From the NCBI GenBank assembly GCA_043228905.1, contig JBHGNT010000016.1, positions 15,128,001 to 15,192,000 of the forward strand: a stretch of DNA of 64,000 bases, given 5' to 3'. This DNA is from Azolla caroliniana. Lineage: Eukaryota; Plantae; Polypodiophyta. Positions 26,490 to 38,814 of this stretch are shown here, piece by piece (the stretch's first letter is position 1; each line of letters begins with the position of its first letter). Position numbers and translations under genes: made by a program. Under the pieces are notes generated by a model that worked only from the letters and a program-made list of their open reading frames with translations, was not told where the DNA came from and ran no database searches.

Positions 26490-29453
26490 CCCCCTCCGAC
26501 TTGGCTTCCGATAGTCGGTCTTGTACTTGAATCCGTAAACTAGGCATCTGAAACTCTACCGGCATCAGGGCCTCCAGCCCAAATGCTAGTCGAAACAGTG
26601 TTGACTGTATGCTTGTTTTGTGGCTGGTTTTGTATGCCCATAACGCACTCTGTAATTTGGTATCCCAATCCGTTCTATTTTCGTTGACAATTTTCTTTAA
26701 GATGGTCTGCAACGTCTTGTTGGTGGATTCCGCTAACCCATTCGCCTGTGGGTAATATGGCGTACTTTTCTTGTGGACTACGGCGTAATGATGCGTTAGT
26801 TCTCAAACGACCGTATTGAGAAAGTGGCTCCCCTGGTCACTGATAAGCTCAATCGGGTAGCCGAACCGACACCAGATGTGTTCGTAAAGGAATCTCACTG
26901 TGACGGCCGCCGTATTCTCCCGTAGTGCCTTTGCTTCTACCCACTTGGTGTAGTAATCCATGGCTACCAATATGTATTTATTGCCCGTACGGGCCGTCGC
27001 TTGTGTGAAGGGGCCCACAAAATCCAATCCCCACTTTTGGAAGGGATCTAACGGTAATACGGGCTGGTGAGGCATCCTTGTGCCCTCCGTGGGCTGGCCC
27101 ATCCATTGACCCAAATCACACTTCCTGCAATACTCGTATGCATCCTTCTGTGTGGTCGGCCACCATAGGCCTGCTTGCCATATTTTCCGGGCCGTAAAAT
27201 CGCCTGCGTAATGGCTGCCTGCCGTACCGTAGTGAGCCTCCCGTAAGACTGCTTCTTTCTCATCCTAACGTACCCTGCGTTGCCAAATGCCATCACTTTG
27301 TGATATAAAATTCCTTCTACCAGGCAGAAGTTACAACTTTGGACGGCTAATCGTTTCTTCTCATTCGTGCATAATTGTGGTGGAGGCAGTTCCGTAGTCA
27401 AAAAGTATGTCCTTTCCATAAGCCACCGGTCCGAAAAGGTTGATTCTGTTCTTTCTGCTAGTGCTACTACCCATAGAATGTTGGCGTCCGGAAAGTCGTC
27501 GTCGTCCTTCTGTACTGTTTCTCCATTATCGAGTCTGCTTAAAAAATCTACCACTGCGTGTTGCGTCCCCGGGCGGTGCTGAATTACAAAATCGAATTCT
27601 TGAAGCAGCAACATCCATTGCGCCAATTTCCCCGTCAGGGCTTGTTTCTCCACCAAATACAGCAGTGCCGAATGATCCACGTGGAACATGAATTTCCTCC
27701 CTAGTAAATAATGCCGGAATTTATTGATGCTATAGATCATCCCTAGAGCCTCCCGCTCCATTGTGGAATAGTTATGCTCTGTTGTTGATAATTTGCGGCT
27801 AGCATAGTACACTGGCCGATACCAATTTGGTTCGGTGAGCTGCATTAGCGCACTCCCTATTGCTATGTCTGAGGCGTCTACGAACACGTGGAATGGCTTC
27901 GCCCAAACTGGTGGCTGTATGACGGGGGCCTGTGTGAGCATTATCTTAAGCACCTCATAGGCCTTGTCCTCCGTTGCGGTCCATTGGAAGGGAGTCCGGT
28001 GCACGGCAGCATGTAACGGCGTGGCGAAGTCTGCCAAGTATCGTATCATCCGACTATGCATCGTATTTGTCCTAAAAACCGGCTGAGGGATTTCGCGTTT
28101 GTTGGAGTTTTGGCTTGCGTAATCGCAGAGATCTTGTTCGGATCGACTGCTATTCCATCCTTGATGACTATATGGCCTAGGAGGGTCCCGCTGGTCATGC
28201 CGAAGGCACATTTCGCGGGATTCAGGCTTAAGCGTGCGGTGCGGCAACGTTCCAGGCAGTCGCAGATGCGTAAAATGGTCAATTGTTTTCCCATATACCG
28301 CAAAGTCGTCTAAAAAAACTTGCATGAACGCCGGAATATATTCCCCAAAGATCTCCGTAATTGTCCGTTGAAATGTTGCCAACACCATCTTTAGCCCGAA
28401 CATCATGAAGACTGCCACATAGACTCCCCTGTTCGTGACAAATGCCGTCTTCTCTTGGTCATTAGGATGCATGCGTACTTGGTTATACCCACTGAAGCCA
28501 TCTAAAAAGCTGTACATCTCATGTCTTGCGACGACGTCTAGTACGCTATCGGTGAATGGTAATGGTAATGCGTCTGTAATGGTTACGACGTTTAATTTTC
28601 GGTAATCCACACATACACGTATTTTGCCGTTTTTCTTTGGAATGACTACTCTCGGACTTAACCATGTGGCTTGTTTAACCGGCTGCATGAATCCCGCATT
28701 TAGGAGTTTGTCAATTTCTTCTTTTATGCGGGTCGCGTAGTTCGGGTTCATGCGGTAGCGGTGCTGCTGGACGGGTTTTGCGTCGGTTGCTAAATTGATC
28801 TTATGTTGATAGAACTTCAAATCTAACCCCTTCATGTCCTCGTGAGCCCAGGCGAACACATCTTTATATTTCTTGAGTAGTTCGATCATCGTGTCTCTTT
28901 GGTTCGGCCTTAAGTCCTTTGCGATGGAGAGAAAACAGGGTTTTGACTCCGTACCCACGGTTACTTCGTCCAGGGCGGAGGCGGTGACTCGTCGTGAAAT
29001 TTCCATTTCCCTCTCGAATGTTGCCCGTGCTCTGCTTAATTCCAATGTGGCCTCCGGGTTTGGTTCGTAATCCTCGTCGTGGAGAATAGTGGCCGTGGCA
29101 TATTCTACTACGGTTGCGATGACATTGATTTCGAACAACGGAATGATCCGAGGGTGCTAGTCTAGGTATGCCTCTAATTCTACATCCTCCACCCTAGCCA
29201 ACATATTTATATCTTCTGCGTATAATGGTGTTATACCCTTGGATTGTGTCACGTTTGCCTCCGTAGGTACGCGAACCTTAGTGTGTCTGTGTCGGAAACT
29301 GATACACTTGTGTTGCCAGCTTTGCTTGATGTTTGCTGCCCGAAGCCACGGTCTGCCTAGCAACACAGGGTATGCCCCTGGGGCGTCCAGGACGAGGACT
29401 ACCGCTGAGATGTAGAAGCGATGTCTGCCCATGATAATGCCTATCTTGCGTAT
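26490..29453 (-). pseudogene. pol: Host Gypsy pol (PR end, RT, RNase H, integrase core)
   Basis: ORFs 27048-29138, 28046-28303, 26803-27114 and 25885-26712 carry RT/RH/INT motifs; frameshifts present; integrase C-terminus deleted. Confidence 0.92.
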
Positions 29454-30094
29454 TGAAAAGAGAGATGTTGATAGAAAAGAGAGAGAAGGAAGATATAGAA
29501 ACCCAAATCTACAAAGATATATTAATAAGGAGTGATGATCATAGAAAACAAGAGAAAGAAGATACATAAACTCAAGCCTACAAGGATGAATTGATCACTA
29601 GAAAAACGCACTACATGAATAGGCAAGAAAAACCCCACAAGAAAAAGGCTCCTTTTCACCACCTCACTCTTCTTGCTTTATATGAAGTTCTCCTCTAGTA
29701 GATAAGTTTCGCTTGCTTTCTTTTCCACGCTTTTTTTAGAGCTTTTCCATCTCCTATTCTTAGCTATGACACAACGATCTTCTAATCGTCATATCTCCCT
29801 CATCCATGCTCCAAATTTAGAGTTTTAAAAAGATACGGATAACTCTCGTCATAAGCTTTCTAACCCATATTTACACGTGATATTTGGGTGTCAAACGAGA
29901 GAGTTATGAGCATTTGTTTCTGACTACGTTTTGGTGGTCTGCTTTTTCTCTTTTTAACTTTTCTCCATCTTTATTGCTTTTATTTGGACTTATCCACGAG
30001 ATGTTAGTTCATGTCCTTGTCCTCCAAATGTGAATCCTCCATACCTTATATTCTTTTAGTGTCCAATGGCTTGAATTCTAAAAACAGTTTCACA

Positions 30095-30110
30095 TTTAGC
30101 CCTCCCCCTT
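30095..30110 (-). promoter_or_regulatory. Polypurine tract
   Basis: AAGGGGGAGGGCTAAA immediately before the 3' LTR. Confidence 0.85.
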
Positions 30111-30346
30111 GCTTCTTGGTGAACCATTTATGGTGAACCCTAAGCTACTAATAAAACTAAAGGTTCTCCTTCGCCTTATTCATGGCTATAGACAAAGAAG
30201 GAGATAATAAAAACAAATGATGTGAGTAAAACCCCCGCTAGTCGGTAGGAAAAACCTCACACTCCTAATACAAAATAAAATAAAATGGCAATTACACGTA
30301 TTTATTCTTCTCCTTGCCAAAAAAAGAAGAGTATTTTCACACTTAT

Positions 30347-33300
30347 CTAATTGAAGAAGAAACATGGGAACAAGTCCACGTTTTGATCTGTGGCATCATC
30401 ATCAAGCTCTTCATTCACATTATGTAGATATGTGGGTCCACGATTCAAATATTGCTTTAAACGCCATCCATTTACTCGTAGCTCATGTATCGTGCCATCG
30501 ATGTCCTTGAGTTGATAACTTCCATTGTCATAAACTTCATGCACAACAAAGGGTCCCTCCCATCGGTTCACCATTTTTTGACCTTTGATGTTGTCAAAAC
30601 GGTTGTCATAACGAAGAACTAGTGACGCTTTAAGAAATGTTTCTAATCTTGCTTTTTTATCATAATATTGTTTCCTCCTCCACGCTTGTTGTAAGTAGTG
30701 CTCTACCGCTTCTTCTCTTGAATATTGCAATACATGATTGTGTGCTAATCGATCCTCCATAGCACTTTCTCCATCACGACACGAAGCTTGCATAAGTCGA
30801 TTACTTCGCACTTGTAGTTCAATAGGAAATAAAGCCTCTTGTCCATACACTAAAAAGAATGGGGTAAAACCCGTGGATAACTTAAAGGAAACACGGTATG
30901 CCCAAATAGCATCATCAAGAAATTTATCCCATGTTCTCATTTTATCATTAACAAGTTTTTGGAGATTTTTAACCAAAATACCATTCACCTTCTCCACTGC
31001 ACCATTAGCTTGAGGATAGTATGGGGTAGAGTACCTATGCTTTATCTTCAACTTCTCTAATAAGTAAGCCAATACTTCACCACGAAAACTTGGACCATGA
31101 TCAGATACAATCTCTAATGGTACACCAAATCTCGTACAAATATTACGGTAGATAAATTGAGCCACGTCCTTAGATTTGATTGAAGAAGTTGCCGCTACTT
31201 CCGCCCACTTGGTCATGTAATCAATTGCTACCAAGATATATTCCTTACCATGTTGGGTCTTTGGAAGAGGACCTACTGCATCGATTCCCCACTTCTCGAA
31301 CGGAGCAAAAACCACGATCGGATGTAAAGGACCCACACGAAGATGTCTACGTCCCGCCTTTTGGCATGCATCACAAGATTTGCACCACTCGTGAATGTCT
31401 TTATGGATGGTAGGCCAAGTAAAACCTGTTAACATAATCTTTCGCAACATGATGTCATGAGAAAAATGTCCTCCACAAGCCTCCTCATGCATCTTCCTTA
31501 GGATCTCTACAATCTCCTCTTTAAGGGGCACCCTTCGTAGAATATCATCCTTGCCTTTATGATACAAATCCTTACCAACCACTACATATTGAGAAGATCT
31601 TGATACCAACCTTCTTCTTTGTAACCCATTAAGATCCTTGGGGAAAACACCATCGTTAAGAAGCTCTTGTATCTCTAAGAGGGACTCTGCACCCTTACAT
31701 TCTTCTAAAATACATACAGGTTCCCCTTTAATCTTCACTAATTGTTCTTGAGCAAGCGCATCAGCCTCTTTATTATCCACACGACTTACATGTTTTACTT
31801 GTACTTTACTAAATGACTTCATTAATCTAAGTGCCTCCTTATAGAAGCCACGTAATCCATCACTTTGACATTTCCACATACCTTGAATTTGTTTGACAAT
31901 TAATAGGGAATCACCTTTGATGATTAATCTTTTGATTGCCCTAGCTTTACAAAGTCGTAAGGCAAAGCACAAGGTCGCGTATTCTGCTTCATTGTTGGTG
32001 TTGACATTGGGAAGCGAAATCCCTTCAGCGTGTACCACCTCTCCATTGGGGTTTCTTAATATAAAGCCTCCAACTGCTAAATTTGTTGCCTTTCGGTAAG
32101 CACCATCAAAGAACAATGTGAAAGCATCTTCTATATCTGGTTCGGGAAGGGCATCTCTTAGCTTTGATAAATCTTCCTCATGAAGACTCTCTCTATAAGT
32201 GAGAAGATCCGCCAATTCCGCACGCATAGTGGACTCAAGCCTAACTTCAAAATCAAACTCGACCAATAGAAGAGCCCACTTTGTAATTCTAGATGATACA
32301 TTTACATGTTGTAGTACATAGGGGAGTAGTGACATACTAGTGATTATTACAAAGTGTTGAGGGATAAGAAAGCTCCTAAACTTTTGACATGCATATGTAA
32401 GAGCTAACACCCACTTTTCCACATCCATAAAGGTTTTTTCCACATCACTTATGGCTCTACTTATATAATAAATAGGATGCATTAGCTTATTATGAGGATC
32501 TTGTTGCATGAGAATAGAGCCAATAGCATGAGAGCTAACACTAAGAGAAAGAAAGAATGTAGAATTTCTATCTGGTGGCTTAAGAATAGGGGTTTTAGCT
32601 AATAGCTCTCTAACCCTATCAAATTTTTCTTGCATAAAAGGATTCCACACAAAAATATTAGTGCGAAGGATGACTCGAAAAGGATAAAGGGCTTGGGCTA
32701 GCATGTGGATAAATCTCTCAAAGTATCGCACCTTTTGAACAAAAACCTCCAAGGACTTAATATCTTTCGGATACGGTAAACTTTCAATCACTTTGATCTT
32801 TGAGGGATCCACCTTAATTCCTTGAAGAGACACCACATGTCCAAGCATCGCCACCTCTTTTTCTCCAACATGGCACTTTTCGGGGTTGAGTTGTCCTTTA
32901 CATTCATCAAGACGTTTGAAAGCCGCTCGCACCTTCTCTAGATGACCAATCCTTGTACTATAGATGGCAAAATCATCTATAAACACCCTTACAAATTTTC
33001 CAAAAAAGGGTTGAAAAACATGTATAGCCAAACGATTGAAAGTAAACACCGCATTGGTTAAACCAAAAGGCATACACTTATAAGCAAAACAACCCCAAGG
33101 TGTTATGAAGGTTGTCTTTCTTTGATCCTCCTTTGCGATTCTTATTTGAAAATAGCCGGAATACCCATCACATACCGTGTACATCTCATGCCCCGCAATT
33201 TCATCCAAAATCTCATCTTGAAAAGGAAGTGGAAAGTGATCCCGCTTCGTAGCTGCATTCAAAGGTTTGAAGTCGACACAAACTCGCCATTTTCCATTCT

Positions 33301-35545
33301 TCTTAGGAACCACCAGAACAGGGGACACCCACTCCGAATCCTCCACGGGGTATATGAAACCAGCCCTCAACAAAGCTTTAACCTCCTTTAATAGAGCCTC
33401 CTTTTGGACTGTCCCCAAGCGACGAAGCTTTTGGGCAACCGGTTCACTTCCCTCCTTCAACTTGATTTGGTGTTTAATGACATCCACTCCTCTAATCTGT
33501 GAATAGTCATTTATAAATAACCTCGGAAACTCATGAAGTAGGGAAACAAACCTTTGTCGATCTTCTCCTTGAATATCTTTGGAAATCATCTTCTCTCGTT
33601 GTTCAAGGGTGATGGTTTCTTCCTCTTTATTGTCTTCTTTCTCCTCCTTGGATATCACATATGATGTTGTCTCCTCCCAATCCGATGAAGTACTATCACT
33701 TGCACTACTCTCTTCTTCATACTCACTATCAAATGAGTTGTTCTCCCTTGCACCCTTGATCACTTGTTGAAGACGCATGTCGTAGACAATGTTGACACTC
33801 TCGGAGGGTGCCAAAGTCATCAACCCATTACTCCAATCCTGAATTACATTTAGTTCTTGCATCCAAGGTCTTCCCAACACCAATGAATAAGAGGGTCCCT
33901 TAAGGGGAATAACATGGAAATCCATAGAAATACATATACCAAAACACTCAAGGATAACATCTTCTATAATCCCCATGCAAGGTACTAATCCTCCATCAGC
34001 TACAGCTACTTTCGCAGATGAACTTTTACAAATAGGAATATCAAGCTTTCTTATAAGGACTTCTGAGATAAGACTTATTCTAGCACCACTATCCACTAAA
34101 GCATCCTTAACTATATAACCTTTTATAGATACCGGTATTGTAGGTCGAATATCCTTTCGTTCCTTCACTCGTACAACCCCCGCATAGTGCACTGTTTTCG
34201 TACTTTGACGTATGCTCGCTAGTCGTCCCCATTCTTTTCGTATTTTTGGAGAGAGTTGAAGAAGTTGCGGCCAAGTGATCCGGGGTCCATTAGTAATCAG
34301 CTCTTGCTTGAGGTCGAAAGGCTCCACTCCTTTCCCCATGGGCATATCCTCCATATTGATCTTCCTCCTTGAACGACGCCTTTTTGAAGGATTCTCCATC
34401 TTAGATTCCTTAGTTTTTTTCTTTATTTGAGGGTTACTTGACTCCCCTTCCACCTCTTTTCCCTTATGCGTTGCTCGAGTTCTCTTGATTGGAACAACAT
34501 CACAATCATCGTCAGTATCATACATAAAATCAAGAAGATTTACATTGGAAGGTATTGTTGGGACTTGAGCCATCGGCAACGGTCCTCCATCACTAGAAAC
34601 TTGATTATTGCTATTTGCATGGTTGTTAGGGGCATTTGAACCTCCTTGAAGTTGATAGATACCTCGTCCTAAACCACCTTGTCTTCTTGAAGGACATCGT
34701 GTAGCAATATGTCCTTCAACACCACAAGAATAACAAACCGGGACCCGTTTTTCTGGTGGCACCTCGCGAACCTGGTTGGTGTTGAAACTAGCTTGCATTT
34801 GGCGGAATTGATTCGTTAGCTCGTCAAGTCGTCGGTTTAGTTGCTCGGGGAAACTTCCATCAATTCTTGGATGATCTACATCTCGCAACATTGTTAAACT
34901 AGCTTGGTTAGCTACATTAGAATTAAATATGTTTGGAAAAACCTGTCCTCCATGTACAATAGAGGATGGATGTGGGGCGTTTAGAGTTGACACCACATTC
35001 GCATTAGCTATCGCCACCGTTGTATCGACCCCCATCCGCATCACTTTAAGTTGTCTATCATATATTTGACACACTTGTAGAAGAGTTTGAAAATTGGTTG
35101 GGTCCTTCAAATTCGCCTCCATTGCAAAGTAAGGGTTCAAGCCCGCCTTGAAGCGATCCATCTTGAACCACTCATCCTCTACGCCTCCTCGTAGACGGAT
35201 CCATGTTGACCACAGCTCTTTGAACACCCTCTCGTATTCCGAATACTCCATCGATGTTGTCATACGCAACGCGAATAGTTCCTCTCGCACCTCCATCGCA
35301 CTACGACGTCGGATGTACTTGCTTCTAAATTGTTGAACGAGCAATTGGTAGTTGGTTTGTTGGTTGGGAGGTAATGACTCATACCACTCCCGGGCTCTTG
35401 AGTAGAAAGTTGCCACCAACAAGGGCAATTTCTCTATGTCATTCACCTTCCCAATCGAAACCGCATGATGCTCGAACGATGCCAAAAAAGCTCCTCCATC
35501 GTGAACGCCATCACCTGCGAAAGCAAATTGAAACGCCATATCCAC
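30347..35545 (-). CDS. Gag-Pol polyprotein, 1732 aa: Gag, CCHC, protease, RT, RNase H, additional archaeal-type RNase H, integrase
   Basis: CYSCGVEGHIATRC; LVDSGA; RVCVDFKPLN and FIDD; LFFDGA...TNNEAEY...KGDS...NKEADALA; GGHF..C..C; WGIDAVGP; YPQANGAVE; GPF. Confidence 0.96.
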   Translation of the reverse strand: MDMAFQFAFAGDGVHDGGAFLASFEHHAVSIGKVNDIEKLPLLVATFYSRAREWYESLPPNQQTNYQLLVQQFRSKYIRRRSAMEVREELFALRMTTSMEYSEYERVFKELWSTWIRLRGGVEDEWFKMDRFKAGLNPYFAMEANLKDPTNFQTLLQVCQIYDRQLKVMRMGVDTTVAIANANVVSTLNAPHPSSIVHGGQVFPNIFNSNVANQASLTMLRDVDHPRIDGSFPEQLNRRLDELTNQFRQMQASFNTNQVREVPPEKRVPVCYSCGVEGHIATRCPSRRQGGLGRGIYQLQGGSNAPNNHANSNNQVSSDGGPLPMAQVPTIPSNVNLLDFMYDTDDDCDVVPIKRTRATHKGKEVEGESSNPQIKKKTKESKMENPSKRRRSRRKINMEDMPMGKGVEPFDLKQELITNGPRITWPQLLQLSPKIRKEWGRLASIRQSTKTVHYAGVVRVKERKDIRPTIPVSIKGYIVKDALVDSGARISLISEVLIRKLDIPICKSSSAKVAVADGGLVPCMGIIEDVILECFGICISMDFHVIPLKGPSYSLVLGRPWMQELNVIQDWSNGLMTLAPSESVNIVYDMRLQQVIKGARENNSFDSEYEEESSASDSTSSDWEETTSYVISKEEKEDNKEEETITLEQREKMISKDIQGEDRQRFVSLLHEFPRLFINDYSQIRGVDVIKHQIKLKEGSEPVAQKLRRLGTVQKEALLKEVKALLRAGFIYPVEDSEWVSPVLVVPKKNGKWRVCVDFKPLNAATKRDHFPLPFQDEILDEIAGHEMYTVCDGYSGYFQIRIAKEDQRKTTFITPWGCFAYKCMPFGLTNAVFTFNRLAIHVFQPFFGKFVRVFIDDFAIYSTRIGHLEKVRAAFKRLDECKGQLNPEKCHVGEKEVAMLGHVVSLQGIKVDPSKIKVIESLPYPKDIKSLEVFVQKVRYFERFIHMLAQALYPFRVILRTNIFVWNPFMQEKFDRVRELLAKTPILKPPDRNSTFFLSLSVSSHAIGSILMQQDPHNKLMHPIYYISRAISDVEKTFMDVEKWVLALTYACQKFRSFLIPQHFVIITSMSLLPYVLQHVNVSSRITKWALLLVEFDFEVRLESTMRAELADLLTYRESLHEEDLSKLRDALPEPDIEDAFTLFFDGAYRKATNLAVGGFILRNPNGEVVHAEGISLPNVNTNNEAEYATLCFALRLCKARAIKRLIIKGDSLLIVKQIQGMWKCQSDGLRGFYKEALRLMKSFSKVQVKHVSRVDNKEADALAQEQLVKIKGEPVCILEECKGAESLLEIQELLNDGVFPKDLNGLQRRRLVSRSSQYVVVGKDLYHKGKDDILRRVPLKEEIVEILRKMHEEACGGHFSHDIMLRKIMLTGFTWPTIHKDIHEWCKSCDACQKAGRRHLRVGPLHPIVVFAPFEKWGIDAVGPLPKTQHGKEYILVAIDYMTKWAEVAATSSIKSKDVAQFIYRNICTRFGVPLEIVSDHGPSFRGEVLAYLLEKLKIKHRYSTPYYPQANGAVEKVNGILVKNLQKLVNDKMRTWDKFLDDAIWAYRVSFKLSTGFTPFFLVYGQEALFPIELQVRSNRLMQASCRDGESAMEDRLAHNHVLQYSREEAVEHYLQQAWRRKQYYDKKARLETFLKASLVLRYDNRFDNIKGQKMVNRWEGPFVVHEVYDNGSYQLKDIDGTIHELRVNGWRLKQYLNRGPTYLHNVNEELDDDATDQNVDLFPCFFFN

Positions 35546-35592
35546 GTAATACTAAAACACAATCAATCTTCCCAAGGTACGGAAAAGATCGA

Positions 35593-35609
35593 CCCTCCCT
35601 GGAGCGCCA
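35593..35609 (-). promoter_or_regulatory. Primer-binding site (tRNA identity uncertain, Asn-like)
   Basis: The plus strand reads TCGACCCTCCCTGGAGCGCCA, a T-arm/acceptor/CCA tRNA 3' end, 3 nt from the LTR. Confidence 0.8.
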
Positions 35610-36258
35610 AAATGAAAAGAGAGATGTTGATAGAAAAGAGAGAGAAGGAAGATATAGAAACCCAAATCTACAAAGATATATTAATAAGGAGTGATGATCA
35701 TAGAAAACAAGAGAAAGAAGATACATAAACTCAAGCCTACAAGGATGAATTGATCACTAGAAAAACGCACTACATGAATAGGCAAGAAATACCCCACAAG
35801 AAAAAGGCTCCTTTTCACCACCTCACTCTTCTTGCTTTATATGAAGTTCTCCTCTAGTAGATAAGTTTCGCTTGCTTTCTTTTCCACGCTTTTTTTAGAG
35901 CTTTTCCATCTCCTATTCTTAGCTATGACACAACGATCTTCTAATCGTCATATCTCCCTCATCCATGCTCCAAATTTAGAGTTTTAAAAAGATACGGATA
36001 ACTCTCGTCATAAGCTTTCTAACCTATATTTACACGTGATATTTGGGTGTCAAACGTGAGAGTTATGAGCATTTGTTTCTGACTGCGTTTTGGTGGTCTG
36101 CTTTTTCTCTTTTTAACTTTTCTCCATCTTTATTGCTTTTATTTGGACTTATCCACGAGATGTTAGTTCATGTCCTTGTCCTCCAAATGTGAATCCTCCA
36201 TACCTTATATTCTTTTAGTGTCCAATGGCTTGAATTCTAAAAACAGTTTCACACGTAT

Positions 36259-38811
36259 CAACCCCAATGGTCGTACTGAGCGGGTATCTGCCATACGGAG
36301 CTAGAATGGGCAAGCCTCCCATTCTAAAATGCCTAACTGCTCGCATGTTTTCGCGCTAATCACATTAACGCCCGAGCCGCCATCGATTACGCATCCTGGG
36401 ATTTCCTGTCCGTGTAATATCAATGTAATAGTCAGGTTGTGGTGATCCACTACAGGCGGTCCGTCGCTAATGTCCGTAAGGTTCGTGGAGACGCTCACCC
36501 CGAGTATGCCCGTCACCCGTTCTTCCATGGTCTAGCGGAAGTGTGGGACTAGCTGCAGCAGCTTCTCCATGGTTAACGTTATCTCGCAGCCCGCTAACGC
36601 TTGCCAAATGGGGTCCGGGGCTGGTCCTTCGTCCTCGACCCGCTCCATCATATTTGCGGACTCCTTCCGCATGCACTCTGTATTTGTCACGCTTGCTTTT
36701 TCAACCCATGCCTGGGCTTGTCGTCGTATCTCATCTTGCGCGGCCCAATCAACCGTTTTTGTTTGCTGGCGTGTCGTGACTTGTTGCACTTCCGCCGTAA
36801 TCGTATTAACGGCGGGCCCCTTGCCCTTGAGGGCTAGGTGTTATAGGTTTTAGGGTTAGGGTTAAGGATGATGATAATCATGATAAAGATAGACATGGTG
36901 GTTATGATGATGATGGAGAGTATGGGATTGATGGCAAGAGAGATCATGTGCATTGAGAAGCATTGCGGGGTGGGGGGTGGTGCCTAGAATGGCTCCACCC
37001 CCCTCCCAAGGGGGTTCAACGTAAGGGGAGATAGAAGAGAGAGATGACAAGAGAGAGATTGAGAGATAGAGAAATGTTCATTCATGTTCCATTCATTCCC
37101 CATAAGGGGTTAAATAGTACAAGAGGGGGTAGATACATAGGGGTGTAAGCCCCATTGAGCATTCATACTGGACACTCACTCACACCTCCTCGTATCCATC
37201 CACATACGTATAGACTCACAATTACATTTATGCCTCCTACACATACACAACAACATCATGATAACATTCGACCCTCGATCATCACACTTGACTCTCTGTA
37301 CATCTCGTACGGGGTAACACTAGGCATTGCGTGGCATAATGTCCGGGTTGCTGTCAAACAAAACAATGGATGCTCGATTCACCCTTCTCGGCTCCTGGTG
37401 GTGTGTGCCGATCCCCTGGTGCGACTTGCTCCTCATGGTCCGGCTTCATTTGTCGGAACGTACGCAGTGGTTGCTGTTGGTCCCGGCGTGGTTCTTGGTG
37501 TCGCTCATCGCCCGAGCTTTCGTCATATCGCCGATGGTCTCGATATTGCCGCTGCTTTCCACGATAACCATTGAAGCCGCCACATTTGTTTGTCAGCCGG
37601 TGATTCTCATAGCGCCGGCCTCCTTTAGCATAACTCGGGGGACCACGGTAATCCTCATCCTTTGGTTTGTCTTCCTCAGAATCGTTGTGAATCCGGCGAT
37701 TCCGGTGGTGCCGACCGTCACGTGGGTTGCGATCCACATACCGTGGTCGGTCCTCTTGCCTCCTTTGTTCAGTACGTCGTGGGGGACGCTGTGTGTCCAT
37801 GCTGCGTACTATGGGAGCGGCTCTGTTCAACATATTGTACTCGCACTGTTCGATTGTGTGAGCCTTCGAGTGGCAGATTGGACAGTAGATTCGCATGTTG
37901 CACTCCACTGCGGAATGCCCCGAGTTCAAGCAAATCGTGCACTAGATTGCTTGACAAAATTGTCGTTCCTCGTCTTGGGGTAACACTTGTCGTAATGAGG
38001 ACATAGAAAACCTTTCTTCCTCGTCGTCCAGCTCGAGCTGTAACGCTCGTTCAATGACCATATCCGCCGTTTCCCCTTTCACGCTATTGTTGTTGAGCGT
38101 TGTCCGTATGGGTCGGCGTAATGCTGCTAGAAATGTCTCTCGAGCCTCGTCCTCTGCGGGGCTCCGTTCTAGTTTCCGCCGTAAATTTTGGAAACGTAAG
38201 CTGAAGTCTGTGATCGTCTCGGTAGGTAGTTGCTTAATTGTATAGAACTGTCTGAGGATTTCGCGTTGCAGAACCCTCCGATGGAAGAACCGTAAAAAGG
38301 CGAACTGCAGTTGATCGAAGGTCGTGATTGTTGGCAAATCCATCTGGGAATGCCAAAATGCCGCTCGCCCATCTAATGTTAACCCGAACTCCGTCATTTT
38401 GGACTGGTGCGCTACCGCCTCAGAAAGGCTCTACGCCATGTGGTTTGCATTCCAGACATTGAGGAACATGCAAATATGAGTTGCGGCGTCGGTTTCGCCG
38501 TTAAAGCGGGGATAAGCAAAGGCCATGCTGGGGGCTACGACAAGTCGGGGAAGACCACAGTGCTGCTGTGGTGAGCGTGCTCCCAACGTATCGTCGAGGT
38601 ATTTGGAGAGTGGAAAATCACCTTTGTGATCACGACAGGTAGTACTAAGGTCGCTGAGGTGAGGCTTTTGCCGTGCACGTTCCTCTGCCTGGCATGTGAT
38701 GGACCTTGTGATTGGCCGGTCTTGTCGTGTTGGTTCTCTGGGGCGTCTACGGCTAAACATCCATTTGTCGTTGTTCGTCTGTGAGAAGACACAGATAACC
38801 AAGCGTGCCAA
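36259..38811 (-). pseudogene. gag: Host Gypsy gag and protease (degenerate), split by a solo LTR
   Basis: AYPRFNGETDAATH, FGLTLDGRAAFW, CPICHSKAHTIEQC and VIDGGSGVNVIS. Confidence 0.88.
36839..37319. mobile_element. Solo LTR (481 bp), TSD CTAGG
   Basis: TGTTA...TAACA ends; CTAGG at 36834-36838 and 37320-37324. Confidence 0.9.
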
Positions 38812-38814
38812 AAG

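Larger units (their letters stand above)
29454..36253 (-). mobile_element. Intact 6.8-kb Ty3/Gypsy element with Tat-like dual RNase H
   Basis: 641-bp LTRs 29454-30094 and 35613-36253 (about 4 mismatches noticed); TSD CGTAT; PBS TGGCGCTCCAGGGAGGG; PPT AAGGGGGAGGG. Confidence 0.97.

Noticed and set aside
36846-36866. Interstitial telomere repeat
   Set aside because: Only 2-3 imperfect TTAGGG units inside a solo LTR.
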